The position numbers and the translations under genes were made by a program. 64,000 nt of DNA, from contig NIVC01000309.1 of assembly GCA_002269645.1 (NCBI GenBank), forward strand, positions 558,001 to 622,000, read 5' to 3'. The DNA comes from Macrostomum lignano. Its lineage: Eukaryota. Numbering within the stretch: position 1 is the first letter of the stretch; every line of letters starts with the position of its first letter. This document shows positions 1-16,329 of this stretch, in pieces. The notes beneath the pieces were generated by a model that saw only the letters and a program-made list of their open reading frames with translations, was not told the DNA's origin and did no database searches.

Positions 1-2
1 CG

Positions 3-4389
<4,387 letters not shown>

Positions 4390-5677
4390 TTGAAATTCTA
4401 GCGGGTTGGAGGGCAGTTTTTCGGGAAGAACAATTGACAAATTCTATTGTTATTGAGGTTACTTACTGTTACTAATAATTAATGTTTTCTTTGTTCTGCT
4501 GTTGTTTTCTTGTGCTCGGAGTGAAGTGCCTTGGATCTGCAGCCGAGTGTCAAAATTGGACCATTCGTTTTGGTTCTTTTTCAATGATGTTAAAGCTTGG
4601 ATTGTTACTATGCATACATTCATTATTATTTATTGCAGTGCTTCCTTAGCTATTTTGCAACTCATCATCTTTTTACCTGCTTTTTTGCCGCCCAGCCGTT
4701 GCGCAGAGTTTACTGAGATTTTGTAAAAAATAGAATTAAAAAACTACTTTCGCCTACTTGTAGTAGTATCTTTTTTAGTAGCACTAAGTAGTACCTTGTT
4801 GCCGCGTGCCCGTGTGCCTTTGCTCTGCTAGTCCAGTCGCTAGAACTAACATTGTATATTTTAACTATTTTAATTTATAAAATCTAGCTTAGAGCGGACC
4901 AGACTACTTACGATTTCTATGCTAGTAGTTTTCCTCAGCAGACAGATGGTCTAATGCGCACAATTTTAATTGAAAGAAGTTGTACATCATAAAGAAGTGC
5001 AATTCTGTCAATAGGATTTCATTTCTTAAGTATATGTAGGTATGTTGACTGTCTATCCTCAATCATAATGCTGAGTTGTGCTTTAACACTAATAGTTTCT
5101 ATCTATGCTCATTGTGAGTTCTTTTTAAATTGTCTTATTAGAGTGGATTTAATGAATTAAGTTCTACTGTACGATGATTTCAGAACAGCGCTGTGTTCTA
5201 GACAGGTCTTTGTTGTAGTGTTGACTTTATTTTAAAGAAAAACCTATTATTTTCTCTATAATTTTTTATGATAAATTACGCTGTTTTGTAGACAAGATTT
5301 TTTGTCAAAAGTTAAGTCCTCTGCTCTCCTACTTTTAGTAGTACCAACAACATATATCTGATCCTAATATTTGTGTATATTTATTTTGCTTGAATCTCCT
5401 TTGGCTTTCTACCTGCCCGTTGCTATGTAGCCCTCTGTACATGAACTGTGTGATTGTACAAGGCCTATAACTTTAGCTTTCATTAGGCACCAGCTTTGCA
5501 TGTTTGTGTAACATAATTCTATCTATAATTAGCTAATGTCATTTTCAGGGCCAAGGAGAATAAAATTTGTATGCCTGATTTGCGCTATCTGCTCTTACTA
5601 ATAGGTGCCGTACATTTAACTGCTTATTATTTTTACTGTGGAGACTACACTATTCCAATACTCAGGATGGGCCACCG

Positions 5678-6600
5678 CCAGCCTCCCAGATCCTCAGTTG
5701 CTGGTCCAGCCTCCCAGATCCTCAGTTGCTGGTCCAGCCTCCCAGATCCTCAGTTGCTGGTCCAGCCTCCCAGATCCTCAGTTGCTGGGCCAGCCTCCCA
5801 GATCCTCAGTTGCTGGTCCAGCCTCCCAGATCCTCAGTTGCTGGTCCAGCCTCCCAGATCCTCAGTTGCTGGTCCAGCCTCCCAGATCCTCAGTTGCTGG
5901 TCCAGCCTCCCAGATCCTCAGTTGCTGGGCCAGCCTCCCAGATCCTCAGTTGCTAAGCCAGCCTTCCAGAGTTTAAGTTGCTGGGAGGGCCTCCCAGAGT
6001 GTCAGTTGCTGGGCCAGACTCCCAGAGTGTCAGTTGCTGGGCCAGCCTCCCAGAGTGTCAGTTGCTGGGCCAGCCTCCCAGATCCTCAGTTGCTAAGCCA
6101 GCCTTCTAGAGTTTAAGTTGCTGGGAGGGCCTCCCAGAGTGTCAGTTGCTGGGCCAGCCTCCCAGAGTGTCAGTTGCTGGGCCAGCCTCCCAAAGTGTCA
6201 GTTGCTGGGCCAGCCTCCCAGAGTGTCAGTTGCTGGGCCAGCCTTCCAGAGTGTCAGTTGCTGGGCCAGCCTCCCAGAGTGTCAGTTGCTGGGCCAGCCT
6301 CCCAGATCCTCAGTTGCTAAGCCAGCCTTCTAGAGTTTAAGTTGCTGGGAGGGCCTCCCAGAGTGTCAGTTGCTGGGCCAGCCTCCCAGAGTGTCAGTTG
6401 CTGGGCCAGCCTCCCAGATTCTCAGTTGCTGGGCCAGGCTCCCAGTTCCTCTGTTGCTGGGCCACAGCCTCCCAGATCCCCAGTTGCTGGGCCAGCCTCC
6501 CAGATCCTCAGTTGCTGGGCCAGCCTCCCCGATCCTCAGTTGCTGGGCCAGCCTCCCAGATCCTCAGTTGCTGGGCCAACGCTACCCTCGTTGACCAGAT
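5678..6600. repeat. 28-bp minisatellite GCTGGGCCAGCCTCCCAGATCCTCAGTT
   Basis: Tandem array. The same unit recurs at 23915, 26338 and 42945. Confidence 0.95.
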
Positions 6601-6709
6601 CAATTCTAGCCTAGGTTTGGGATACTAGCAGGCCACATATTCCAAATATTAACCTATTGCCCTCCACCTCACCCTGCTGCATGTTTCCAGCCAATTAAGC
6701 GTCATAACA

Positions 6710-9700
6710 ATGGCCAAAGCAATCGCCTGGAAATCTGTAGACGATCTGTTCTTCAACCCGGTTGTGTACCGCCTGCTCCGATCCATGGCAATCTCGCAGC
6801 CCGCCGATCGGCGCGCTATGCTGAAATCCGCCACTGCCGCCTCAACGGAGGCTACGGCGGCCGCCGCTGGTCAGTTATTACCTGGCGCCGCTGCCGGTGC
6901 TCAAATCGACGGCGGCGCCGATGGCTCGTCGGCTTCGCCTTTTGGCGGCGCCTCCACCTCGGACTCGTCTAGCGCGCCATTGGAACGGATCTGCTTATTA
7001 AACGAGGCCCAACTGCAGGAGCATATGCGTAAAGCGGCTATATTGGAGCAGCAGGCTATGCAGATGCCGCCTTATCTACAGGTGTGTTTCTTTGTACATT
7101 CTTTTTTAATCTATTCTATCTACTCATTCTCGATCCCTATGCCGAAATTCCCAAAAATCCTCCCTAGATCTTCCTAATCAATCCTGAAGATCCCCTAATC
7201 CTCCCAGAAGATCTCCTTATTCATCCAGAAGCTTTCCATAATATCCATCCTGAAGATCCACCCTAATCCATCCGGAAATCCACACGAATCCATCCTGAAA
7301 ATCCACCCTAATCCATCCTGAAGATCCACCCTAATCCATCCTGAAGATCCACCCTAATCCATCCGGAGATCCACACTAATCCATCCTGAAGATCCACCCA
7401 AATCCATCCTGAAGATCCACCCTAATCCATCCTGAAGATCCACACTAATCCATCCTGAAGATCCACCCAAATCCATCCTGAAGATCCACACTAATCCATC
7501 CTGAAGATCCACCCTAATCCATCCTGAAGATCCACCCTAATCCATCCTGAAGATCCACACTAATCCATCCTGAAGATCCACACTAATCCATCCTGAAGAT
7601 CCACACTAATCCATCCTGAAGATCCACCCTAATCCATCCTGAAGATCCACACTAATCCATCCTGAAGATCCACACTAATCCATCCTGAAGATCCACACTA
7701 ATCCATCCTGAAGATCCACCCTAATCCATCCTGAAGATCCACCCAAATCCATCCTGAAGATCCACCCTAATCCATCCTGAAGATCCACCCAAATCCATCC
7801 TGAAGATCCACCCTAATCCATCCTGAAGATCCACCCAAATCCATCCTGAAGATCCACACTAATCCATCCTGAAGATCCACACTAATCCATCCTGAAGATC
7901 CACCCTAATCCAGCCTCAAAATCTCCTATAAATATCCCTGAAAATCCTTAATCCATAAAAAAAATCACACCTAATCCATACTGAAGTCTCTTCTCTAAAA
8001 TCCTTCGAAGAAGCAACTTACAAAGACTCAGCTTTGCATTGGTGTGTACCAAGCCAGCCCTTCTTATACCATCATGAGCTGGCCTGGAAGGATTAAACAA
8101 TGCAATATTAAACAGCTGTGCTGTCAGGCTTTACACTGTGCCGATTGCTGTATTGAATATTTGCTGTTGGAATTGACACTCCGAGGCCTGTCTACAGAAT
8201 TTTAATAGTTTTTTTTATGACATTTTACTCTCTTTAAGTCACCTTAGGAATGGTTCTTAAATCCTTAATTAATAAAAAACATTTCATGAGAAGGCTAATG
8301 TAACAATACTTCAATTGCTTAGCGAATCATGCTATTTTCGGCATAAAAATAAACGTTAATTACTTTAAAAGTCCTGCCTTAATTCACCGTGAGAGTCATG
8401 CCCTAATCACTGGGAGAATCATGCCCTAATCACTGGGAGAATCATGCCCTAATCACCGTGAGAGTCATGCCCTAATCACTGGGAGAGTCATGCCCTAATC
8501 ACCGTGAGAGTCATGCCCTAATCACTGGGAGAGTCATGCCCTAATCACTGGGAGAGTCATGCCCTAATCACTGGGAGAGTCATGCCCTAATCACTGGGTG
8601 AGTCATGCCCTAATCACTGGGTGAGTCATGCCCTAATCACTGGGAGAGTCATGCCCTAATCACTGGGTGAGTCATGCCCTAATCACTGGGAGAGTCATGC
8701 CCTAATCACTGGGAGAATCATGCCCTAATCACCGTGAGAGTCATGCCCTAATCACTGGGAGAGTCATGCCCTAATCACTGGGTGAGTCATGCCCTAATCA
8801 CTGGGTGAGTCATGCCCTAATCACTGGGAGAGTCATGCCCTAATCACTGGGTGAGTCATGCCCTAATCACTGGGTGAGTCATGCCCTAATCACTGGGAGA
8901 GTCATGCCCTAATCACTGGGTGAGTCATGCCCTAATCACTGGGAGAGTCATGCCCTAATCACTGGGAGAATCATGCCCTAATCACTGGGAGAGTCATGCC
9001 CTAATCACCGTGAGAGTCATGCCCTAATCACTGGGAGAGTCATGCCCTAATCACTGGGAGAGTCATGCCCTAATCACTGGGAGAGTCATGCCCTAATCAC
9101 TGGGTGAGTCATGCCCTAATCTCCGAGTAAATCTTCAATAAAACAATCAATGTCAAATTTCCATCACTGCAGGCTTGGAAAGAAAAATCAGACACTCGCG
9201 TACTGCAAGACGACTCCGATAGGCTAGCCAACTGCCTCCCACCTGGACAAAAAATCGTAGTCGTCGATATTGGCATCAAAGACAAGGTGGCTCCCCAGGA
9301 TCGATTTATGGCTATTCGCGAGAGCAACGGCCAATTGCGGTCCCCGATGCGCAGCGAGAGACGGGATTTATTGCAGGTTAGTACTCGTAAACTCTTTGAT
9401 TCAGAGTCAGTAGACACAGAGAGTCAGTAGACACACAGAGAGTCAGTAGACACAGAGAGTCAGTAGACACACAGAGAGTCAGTAGACACAGAGAGTCAGT
9501 AGACACAGAGAGTCAGTAGACACACAGAGAGTCAGTAGACACAGAGAGTCAGTAGACACAGAGTCAGTAGACACAGAGTCAGTAGACACAGGGAGTCAGT
9601 AGACACAGGGAGTCAGTAGACACAGAGAGTCAGTAGACGTAGACACAGGGAGTCAGTAGACACAGGGAGTCAGTAGACACAGAAAGTCAGTAGACACAGA

Positions 9701-10711
9701 AAGTCAGTAGACACAGAAAGTCAGTAGACACAGAGAGTCAGTAGACACAGAGAGTCAGTAGACACAGAGAGTCAGTAGACACAGAGAGTCAGTAGACACA
9801 GAGAGTCAGTAGACACAGAGAGTCAGTAGACACAGGGAGTCAGTAGACACAGAGAGTCAGTAGACACAGAGAGTCAGTAGACACAGAGAGTCAGTAGACA
9901 CAGGGAGTCAGTAGACACAGAGAGTCAGTAGACACAGAGAGTCAGTAGACACAGAGAGTCAGTAGACACAGGGAGTCAGTAGACACAGGGAGTCAGTAGT
10001 CACAGAGAGTCAGTAGTCACAGAGAGTCAGTAGACACAGAGAGTCAGTAGACACAGGGAGTCAGTAGACACAGGGAGTCAGTAGACACAGTCAGTAGTCA
10101 AGAATATATAGTCAGTCAAGAGTCAACGATAAAGATGGACATCTCAAAACCCGCAGACCTACTTCCCGCTGCCGCACCGTCGCACCGTAGTGCCCAGCAT
10201 GTTTGCCGTGCCGAAAAATCTTGAGCGCCTCTTGTCGCCAGAGTTGCACAAGTATGCCTACGTATTGGACCGGGCCACTGTCCAGTTCGAGCCAAACGAT
10301 CCGCAGTACGTTCGAATTCGCGACCGAGTCTACGAAGCCGTCGACGAGGCCAAGGCCTACGCCGAGCTGCAGGCTACTCGCCATTTCGGCGGCCTAGTAT
10401 TGCACCTAGTGTTAAAGCAGAAAACTGCCGGATTAATCGTATTCCTACTGCAAACTGAACAGTTTGAGCGTTGCTTGCATCTGCTCAGACTGCGCACGGC
10501 TATACACGATTCGGACGCTAAAGCTTTGCAGAACTACGATTTACCGTTTGTACTTAACGACGCGAAATCGTTTGATAATCAACGCAAAATTGGTTTATTA
10601 GTGTGTCTGATGAAGCTGGAACCGACCGTGTCCAGAGTTGCCAAGCCGCTGTTGGAGCGGTTTCGACAGGCTAGCGTTGTTGGTCGGCATCGATCGGATA
10701 GTCAGAGCTGA
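6710..10711 (+). CDS. MRPS22: Mitochondrial ribosomal protein S22 (mS22)
   Basis: Exons 6710-7081, 9173-9376, 10157-10711, all phase 0. QMPP..., RFMAIRESNGQLRSPMRSERRDLLQ|TYFP, QFEPNDPQY and ATRHFGGLVLHLV match recalled MRPS22 motifs. Confidence 0.85.
7250..7920. repeat. 23-bp minisatellite CCCTAATCCATCCTGAAGATCCA
   Basis: Tandem array in MRPS22 intron 1. Confidence 0.95.
7960..8190. repeat. Dispersed ~230-bp repeat, copy 1 (copy 2 at 25115-25352)
   Basis: Shared sequence CAGCTTTGCATTGGTGTGTACCAAGCCAGCCCTTCTT...GAGCTGGCCTGGAAGGATTAAACAATGCAAT...TTGACACTCCGAGGCCTG. Confidence 0.85.
8392..9120. repeat. 23-bp minisatellite CATGCCCTAATCACTGGGAGAGT
   Basis: Tandem array in MRPS22 intron 1. Confidence 0.95.
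9400..10100. repeat. 17-bp minisatellite ACAGAGAGTCAGTAGAC
   Basis: Tandem array filling MRPS22 intron 2. Confidence 0.95.
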
Positions 10712-10749
10712 AGTTGTTCGCTTGGAAAGGGTCGTTTCTTATCATATAA

Positions 10750-11340
10750 CCTGAGGGAGCTCATTAAAGGACCTGAGGGAGATCATTGAAGGCCTGAGGG
10801 AGCTCATTGAAGGACCTGAGGGAGCTCATTGAAGGCCTGAGGGAGCTCATTAAAGGACCTGAGGGAGATTATTAAAGGACCTGAGGGAGATTAATAAAGG
10901 ACCTTAGGGAGCTCATTGAAGGACCTGAGGGAGCTCATTAAAGGACCTGAGGGAGCTCATTGAAGGACCTGAGGGAGCTCATTAAAGGACCTGAGGGAGC
11001 TCATTGAAGGACCTGAGGGAGATTATTAAAGGACCTCAGGAAGCTCATTAAAGGACCTGAGGGAGCTCATTGAAGGACCTGAGGGAGATCATTAAAGGAC
11101 CTGAGGGAGATTATTAAAGGACCTGAGGGAGCTCATTAAAGGACCTGAGGGAGCTCATTAAAGGACCTGAAGGAGCTCATTAAAGGACCTGAGGGAGATA
11201 TTAAAGGGCCTGAGGGAGCTCATTGAAGGACCTGAGGGAGATTATTAAAGGACCTGAAGGAGCTCATTGAAGGACCTGAGGGAGATTATTAAAGGGCCGG
11301 AATGAGCTCATTGAAGGACCTTAAGGAGCTCATTGAAGAA
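10750..11340. repeat. 22-bp minisatellite GGACCTGAGGGAGCTCATTAAA
   Basis: Tandem array immediately after the MRPS22 stop. Confidence 0.95.
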
Positions 11341-11854
11341 CTCAAAGACGCTAGTAAAGATCTTCATGGTCCTAAAATTGTGCTAATGCCTTGTTATGGA
11401 GAGCCATTCGTTAGAGTTTAAGTTGAATTTTAAGTTGAATTTGAAACACCTGATCAGTATGTGTAACAGCCCACTCTAGCTTGTTAAAATTGCATTTTAA
11501 AAATAAGAATAATGTTGCTTTAATTTGCTTATATAATCCACAACTTGTCATCCTGACTTGACCGTTTGGTCAACCTGTGTCCAACTGTTTCATTACACTA
11601 CGCACTATTATTATAGTGGAAATATAGTCATGTGAGCTATATAGATACACGCCTGGCTAATGAGTCGATGAATGAAATAAATATAAATCCATTTTTACTA
11701 TTTGTTTGATCGAACCAGTCGGGAGATTTCGCTTTTAACTTTAAATCATATTAGTAAGAATTATTATGTATAGTACAAAATGAACTTGATAATTCAATGT
11801 TAGATAAGCAGTATCGATTTTAGTACAATTCTGATGTGTTAATATTTCTTAGAA

Positions 11855-12000
11855 ATATATATATATATATTTATTTATTTATTTATGCTTTCAACAATCT
11901 GCGTCCCAGTCGTTAAGCGAGAAGGCAGAAGACCAAATCTCCGGAAGAGGGTCCAAGATTATCGGTGGCATCAGAAAATGAAAATTTTAACGAATAAACT
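11855..12000 (-). mobile_element. Possible 3' end of a truncated non-LTR element with (TAAA)n tail
   Basis: GC-richer block in AT-rich DNA, ending on the minus strand in AAAGCATAAATAAATAAATAAATATATA. No protein homology recognised. Confidence 0.3.
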
Positions 12001-12632
12001 TGTCAGGCAGAGAAACACGTCAGCGAGATTATTCGCTTATTTTTCAGGCTTTTCTTATTGGCGTTTTATTTGTATTATATACTTTTTATAGCTGTTCATT
12101 CATTAGCTATATTAGTAGGCTATGTATCTTGTTATTAATAATGTATAACAATGGCCTTTTCAGTAAAGAATTTCGCTAATAGTCATTGCAAACCACTCTC
12201 CACTATAGTGACTAGCGGCTCTGGGGCGGCTTGTGTGTGACTTTTCTAAATGACTCAAACTACTGTAGAGGCAACTGTTGAGCCACGAGCGCATCACGTG
12301 AGTTGCAAAAATCGTAAGAGAGTTGAAAAATCGTTTTTTAAGAGTCGTTTATTAACTTTCTATTAAGTCAAGTAGACTAAATGGAGTTGTTATAAATGTG
12401 AAATGCGATTCTAAATTCATAGTGACGCAGATGCGCTCTAAACGACTACGGCCCCAGAGTCATTATGAAAGCGCCTAAAAGTCGCTTGCGCCGCTCCAGA
12501 GTAGTTTCACAGTCGCCAACAATAAAACGCCTCAAATTGACTATTAAGCTAGCGACTCTGACGGTCTTTTTGGCCACTTTTATCAAGACATTTTGGTTTT
12601 AAGAGTCGTCTAAGAGTTGCAAGTCATGCATG

Positions 12633-12780
12633 AACCTTGGGAATCACCCGGCCGTTTCTATTGGCAGCACACACATGTAAGTCGCTATTGGCTGAGAGCA
12701 GTCACGTGACTACTGTTCCGTCCAATAGCGACTTACATGTGTGTGTTGCCGGTGGAGACGGCCGGGTGAATCCCTAGGTT
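12633..12780. other. 148-bp imperfect palindrome (59-bp arms, 30-nt loop containing AGTCACGTGACT)
   Basis: Arms 12633-12691 and 12722-12780 match at 52/59 positions. A 15-bp direct repeat GTTGCAAGTCATGCA lies at 12616-12630 and 12794-12808. Confidence 0.9.
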
Positions 12781-14574
12781 GCGCCCAAGCATGGTTGCAA
12801 GTCATGCAACGCTTCTTGGCCCAGATACCATTTTCATAGGGTTAGATTTCAGCTTATTATGTGTTTTTTATAAGTCTTTCAAATCCGCGCTTGATTATCA
12901 TTATATTGTACATAAAATACTCGATAGAAAACTGTAGTCATTCTTTATTTACATCTGCATTTCTGTAGATTTTTGTACGCGTATACCTGCTTTTATTATG
13001 ATATTGCATGCCATTTTGTATGCCCGCGCTGTCTTTTTTCTTCGAATGCGTCAAGAAGAGATTCGTCTAATGTGTCGCCTTATGGCAGCAAGCAATAGCG
13101 CAGCAGCAGCAAAGCAGCAAAAATCTTCTAACAGCAGCAAAGCAGCAAAAATCTTGCAGCACAGCAGCAGCAGTAAAAGCAGCAAAAATGAACCTCTCGA
13201 CACAGCTAATTAAAGCTCAGCTCAGCGCTTCAGCCTGCAGCTCTCAGCTCGCCACAATAGTTTGCACCCTCACACCTACTACACTACTACAGCCCAGCCG
13301 CCTCATCGTTATAAGTTAATGCTAACAGTTAATCCCCCCGACTGTCGAGTCAGTGGCTCACCCGAGAGCAAAGAGAGAGTGGGGAGAGAGGCGGATCGAG
13401 TGCGTTCACCGACAGTTGCTAATTCCTTCGTGTCGGCTTATCCATCACAGTTCCTACCACCGTCTCGTTGGCTAAACAAAAGGTTTAAAAATACTCGGCG
13501 ATATTGGCGCTGCGCCCGTCGTTTAAGTCTGCTAAAAAACCGACCTTCCTACCCCCTCTCCCCTCTCTGTCTGCTCTGATTCGCGCCCACCTTTTGCGCG
13601 GTAAGTTGACTGCAATAATTTTATTTATTGTAAAGCGTCTACCCTTAGGAGTTGTTGAAAAGGAAACATCCGAACGATTATGCTTAGTTTCTTATATATG
13701 CTACTAAATAAGTAGCATGCTATAAGATTTAGAACTCCAGCCAGCAATGTAATTTGAAGAAATTCACCACAGCTGCTCAAAGAGTGGATTATTAAAAATA
13801 ATAAAGTTGCATTAGCCCTCTAAATTAAGCTGCAGTTGCTGCTCTGTAGTTCAATAAGTTGATTGGTTGCGCAGTTTTATCTCTATCTACTGATATGTGC
13901 AGAATCTTCAAAGCAAATTCGTTTAGAGAGCCTTTTATACCCAAGGAAAAGCAGAAATACAATTTGCACTGTTAAACATGAAACTCAGTTGGGGAGCTAC
14001 ACAATTGTAGTGCTTTGGGAACCGTGCTTATCTTTGCCTTCATTTATCGAGGATAATTCTATATTTTGTGATGAAAATTAATAACGTGTTGCAGAATTTT
14101 TACCAAAGTTTTTTAATGCACTTCATAATTCGTCTACGTTGTTATCTGTTTCTCTATTAATCTCTTCTTTCTGACTTCTTCTGTGGCCTAGATTTTTTGG
14201 TGGCAGTGTGGCGGATAATTAGTGATTTTCAACTAATGCTTTAATATTAATTGCAAGCGTCTTGTGAGCATCCTGGCGCAACGCCTTCGGCGACATGGTC
14301 CCATGTACACAGGCACGCACAGTTATCGTTAACCCATTGCTCAAAAACGCAACTGTCTGAAATTTATTAATAGCTTACTTGATAAAGGCCATATTTCATC
14401 GAAATTACCCCATAATATCTTTTTTAACTTGCTACGCTTCTCTGCACTTTTCCATCTTAAATTATCTCCGTAACTCGCCTTTGACATCTGCTCTCATACT
14501 AAAAACAGCTTAACACCCCCCCCCCATTGCCCACCTCTCGCCATGGTTTTTCAAGGTTTTAAGCCAGCTAAATA

Positions 14575-15087
14575 ATGTCAACCAAACGTTACGACGACGA
14601 CGACGGCTGCAAAGTGTACATCGGCGACCTGCCGCGCGACGCTTCGGAGTCAGAAATTGAGAAAGCGTTCCGGCACTACGGCGCCGTCCGCTCCGTTTGG
14701 GTTGCCCGCAATCCGCCTGGCTTTGCCTTTGTTGTATTCGAAGATTCGCGCGACGCTGGCGACGCTGTACGCGATCTAGACGGCACCGTCATCTGCGGAG
14801 TTCGGGCTCGAGTTGAACTGTCCAGCGGCCGGTCGCGAGCCCGCCGACCCGGCCAGGGCGGCTTCGGTGGCGGCGGCGGCGGCGGCGGCGGCGGCCGAGG
14901 CGGCGGCTGCTACTCGTGCGGCCGGCCCGGTCATTTCGCTCGCGAGTGTCCCCGCCTGCGCGGCGGCGGCGACCGCGACAGGGACCGGTCTAGGGACAGG
15001 GACCGCGATCGCGGCGGCCGCTACGACGATCGGCGGCGTCGGTCGAGGTCGCGCTCGACTCGCTCCCGGTCCCGATCTAGGAGCTGA
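14575..15087 (+). CDS. SRSF7: SR splicing factor SRSF7/9G8-like (RRM + CCHC zinc knuckle + RS), intronless CDS
   Basis: [53 protein letters not shown] tail. Candidate 5'UTR donor GCGCG|GTAAGT at about 13611. Confidence 0.92.
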   Translation: MSTKRYDDDDGCKVYIGDLPRDASESEIEKAFRHYGAVRSVWVARNPPGFAFVVFEDSRDAGDAVRDLDGTVICGVRARVELSSGRSRARRPGQGGFGGGGGGGGGGRGGGCYSCGRPGHFARECPRLRGGGDRDRDRSRDRDRDRGGRYDDRRRRSRSRSTRSRSRSRS

Positions 15088-15254
15088 ACAGCTGCAGCAT
15101 GTAGCGAGGGAGCGGCGAAGAGCGGCGTCAGGGTTTGAATGTTGGATAAACTGAACCAACTGCTGGCTTTTATAGACAGTGTAAGGAGCCGCTCTCGAAG
15201 CAGTTTACCTATTATGGCCAGCCCGATGAGAAACAGTACCTACCCTATTACCGT

Positions 15255-15680
15255 GTTCAGCTACTCTAGAAGCTACCCTATTGCCATATCTAAGCTACTC
15301 TAGAAGCTACCCTATTGCCATATCTAAGCTACTCTAGAAGCTACCCTATTGCCATATTAAGCTACTCTACAATCTACCCTATTGCCATATTAAGCTACTC
15401 TAGAAGCTACCCTATTGCCATATCTAAGCTACTCTAGAAGCTACCCTATTACCATATCTAAGCTACTCTAGAAGCTACCCTATTACCATATCTAAGCTAC
15501 TCTAGAAGCTACCCTATTGCCATATTAAGCTACTCTAGAAGCTACCCTATTGCCATATTCAGCTACTCTAGAAGCTACCCTATTACCATATCTAAGCTAC
15601 TCTAGAAGCTACCCTATTACCATATCTAAGTTACTCTAGAAGCTACCCTATTACCATATTAAGATACTCTAGAAGCTACC
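15255..15680. repeat. 33-34 bp minisatellite AGCTACTCTAGAAGCTACCCTATTGCCATATCTA
   Basis: Tandem array downstream of the SRSF7-like stop. Confidence 0.95.
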
Positions 15681-16329
15681 TGGACCCTTGGTAGCGTTTT
15701 TATCTGGCTGGAATAATAGTAGCCGTCGGCTTTGTCGTTGTCATTATTATTACTTTATTATATAATTAAATAAATCGAAGTCATAATTTCGCAATGCCGC
15801 ACTATGACCCGGTTTTGTAAGAATAAAGTGTCTGTTCAAGTTATTTAGTTAACTAATTAAACATTTTTATTGGTCTGTTATACGGTAGGCAATACTGCCT
15901 TCTCTTAATATTAGTAATAAACAGCTTATTTATGAAGTTTCATTGGCTGCCGTCAATTGTTATAACCTTAAATAGCCACGTTTATGGGCAATGCTGTCAA
16001 TTTATATTACTGTAAGTAGCATGCTCGTCGCGCTTCTACGCTGTATTTTTTTATTTTCTAATAACACTATTAGCTGAACCAAAAATGTATAATTCACGGC
16101 AACTATATTAAGAAACAAAAAATTTAACTAATCAAATAAAATATTCAATACTGACCCTTGAAATTCCACTGAATTTCTCTTCATGTCTGTCGTAACTAGT
16201 GTTCATTTTGCGATGCTTTTTTCTTTTTCTCCTGTGTCCTAGCTGAGATCAATAAACCTACTAGGCCATAATTAAGGACTTAATTAAGAGAACCGCCTCA
16301 AAACCATGCTTTAGAAAAATATCACCAGA

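Noticed and set aside
5571-6628. ORFs with hydrophobic N-terminus followed by [18 protein letters not shown] repeats
   Set aside because: Translation of the 28-bp minisatellite, open in all three frames; same for 26276-26735 and 42938-43760.
12998-13213. Ser/Lys/Gln-rich 71-aa ORF
   Set aside because: Low-complexity CAG/AAG sequence with no recognisable homology or splice context.
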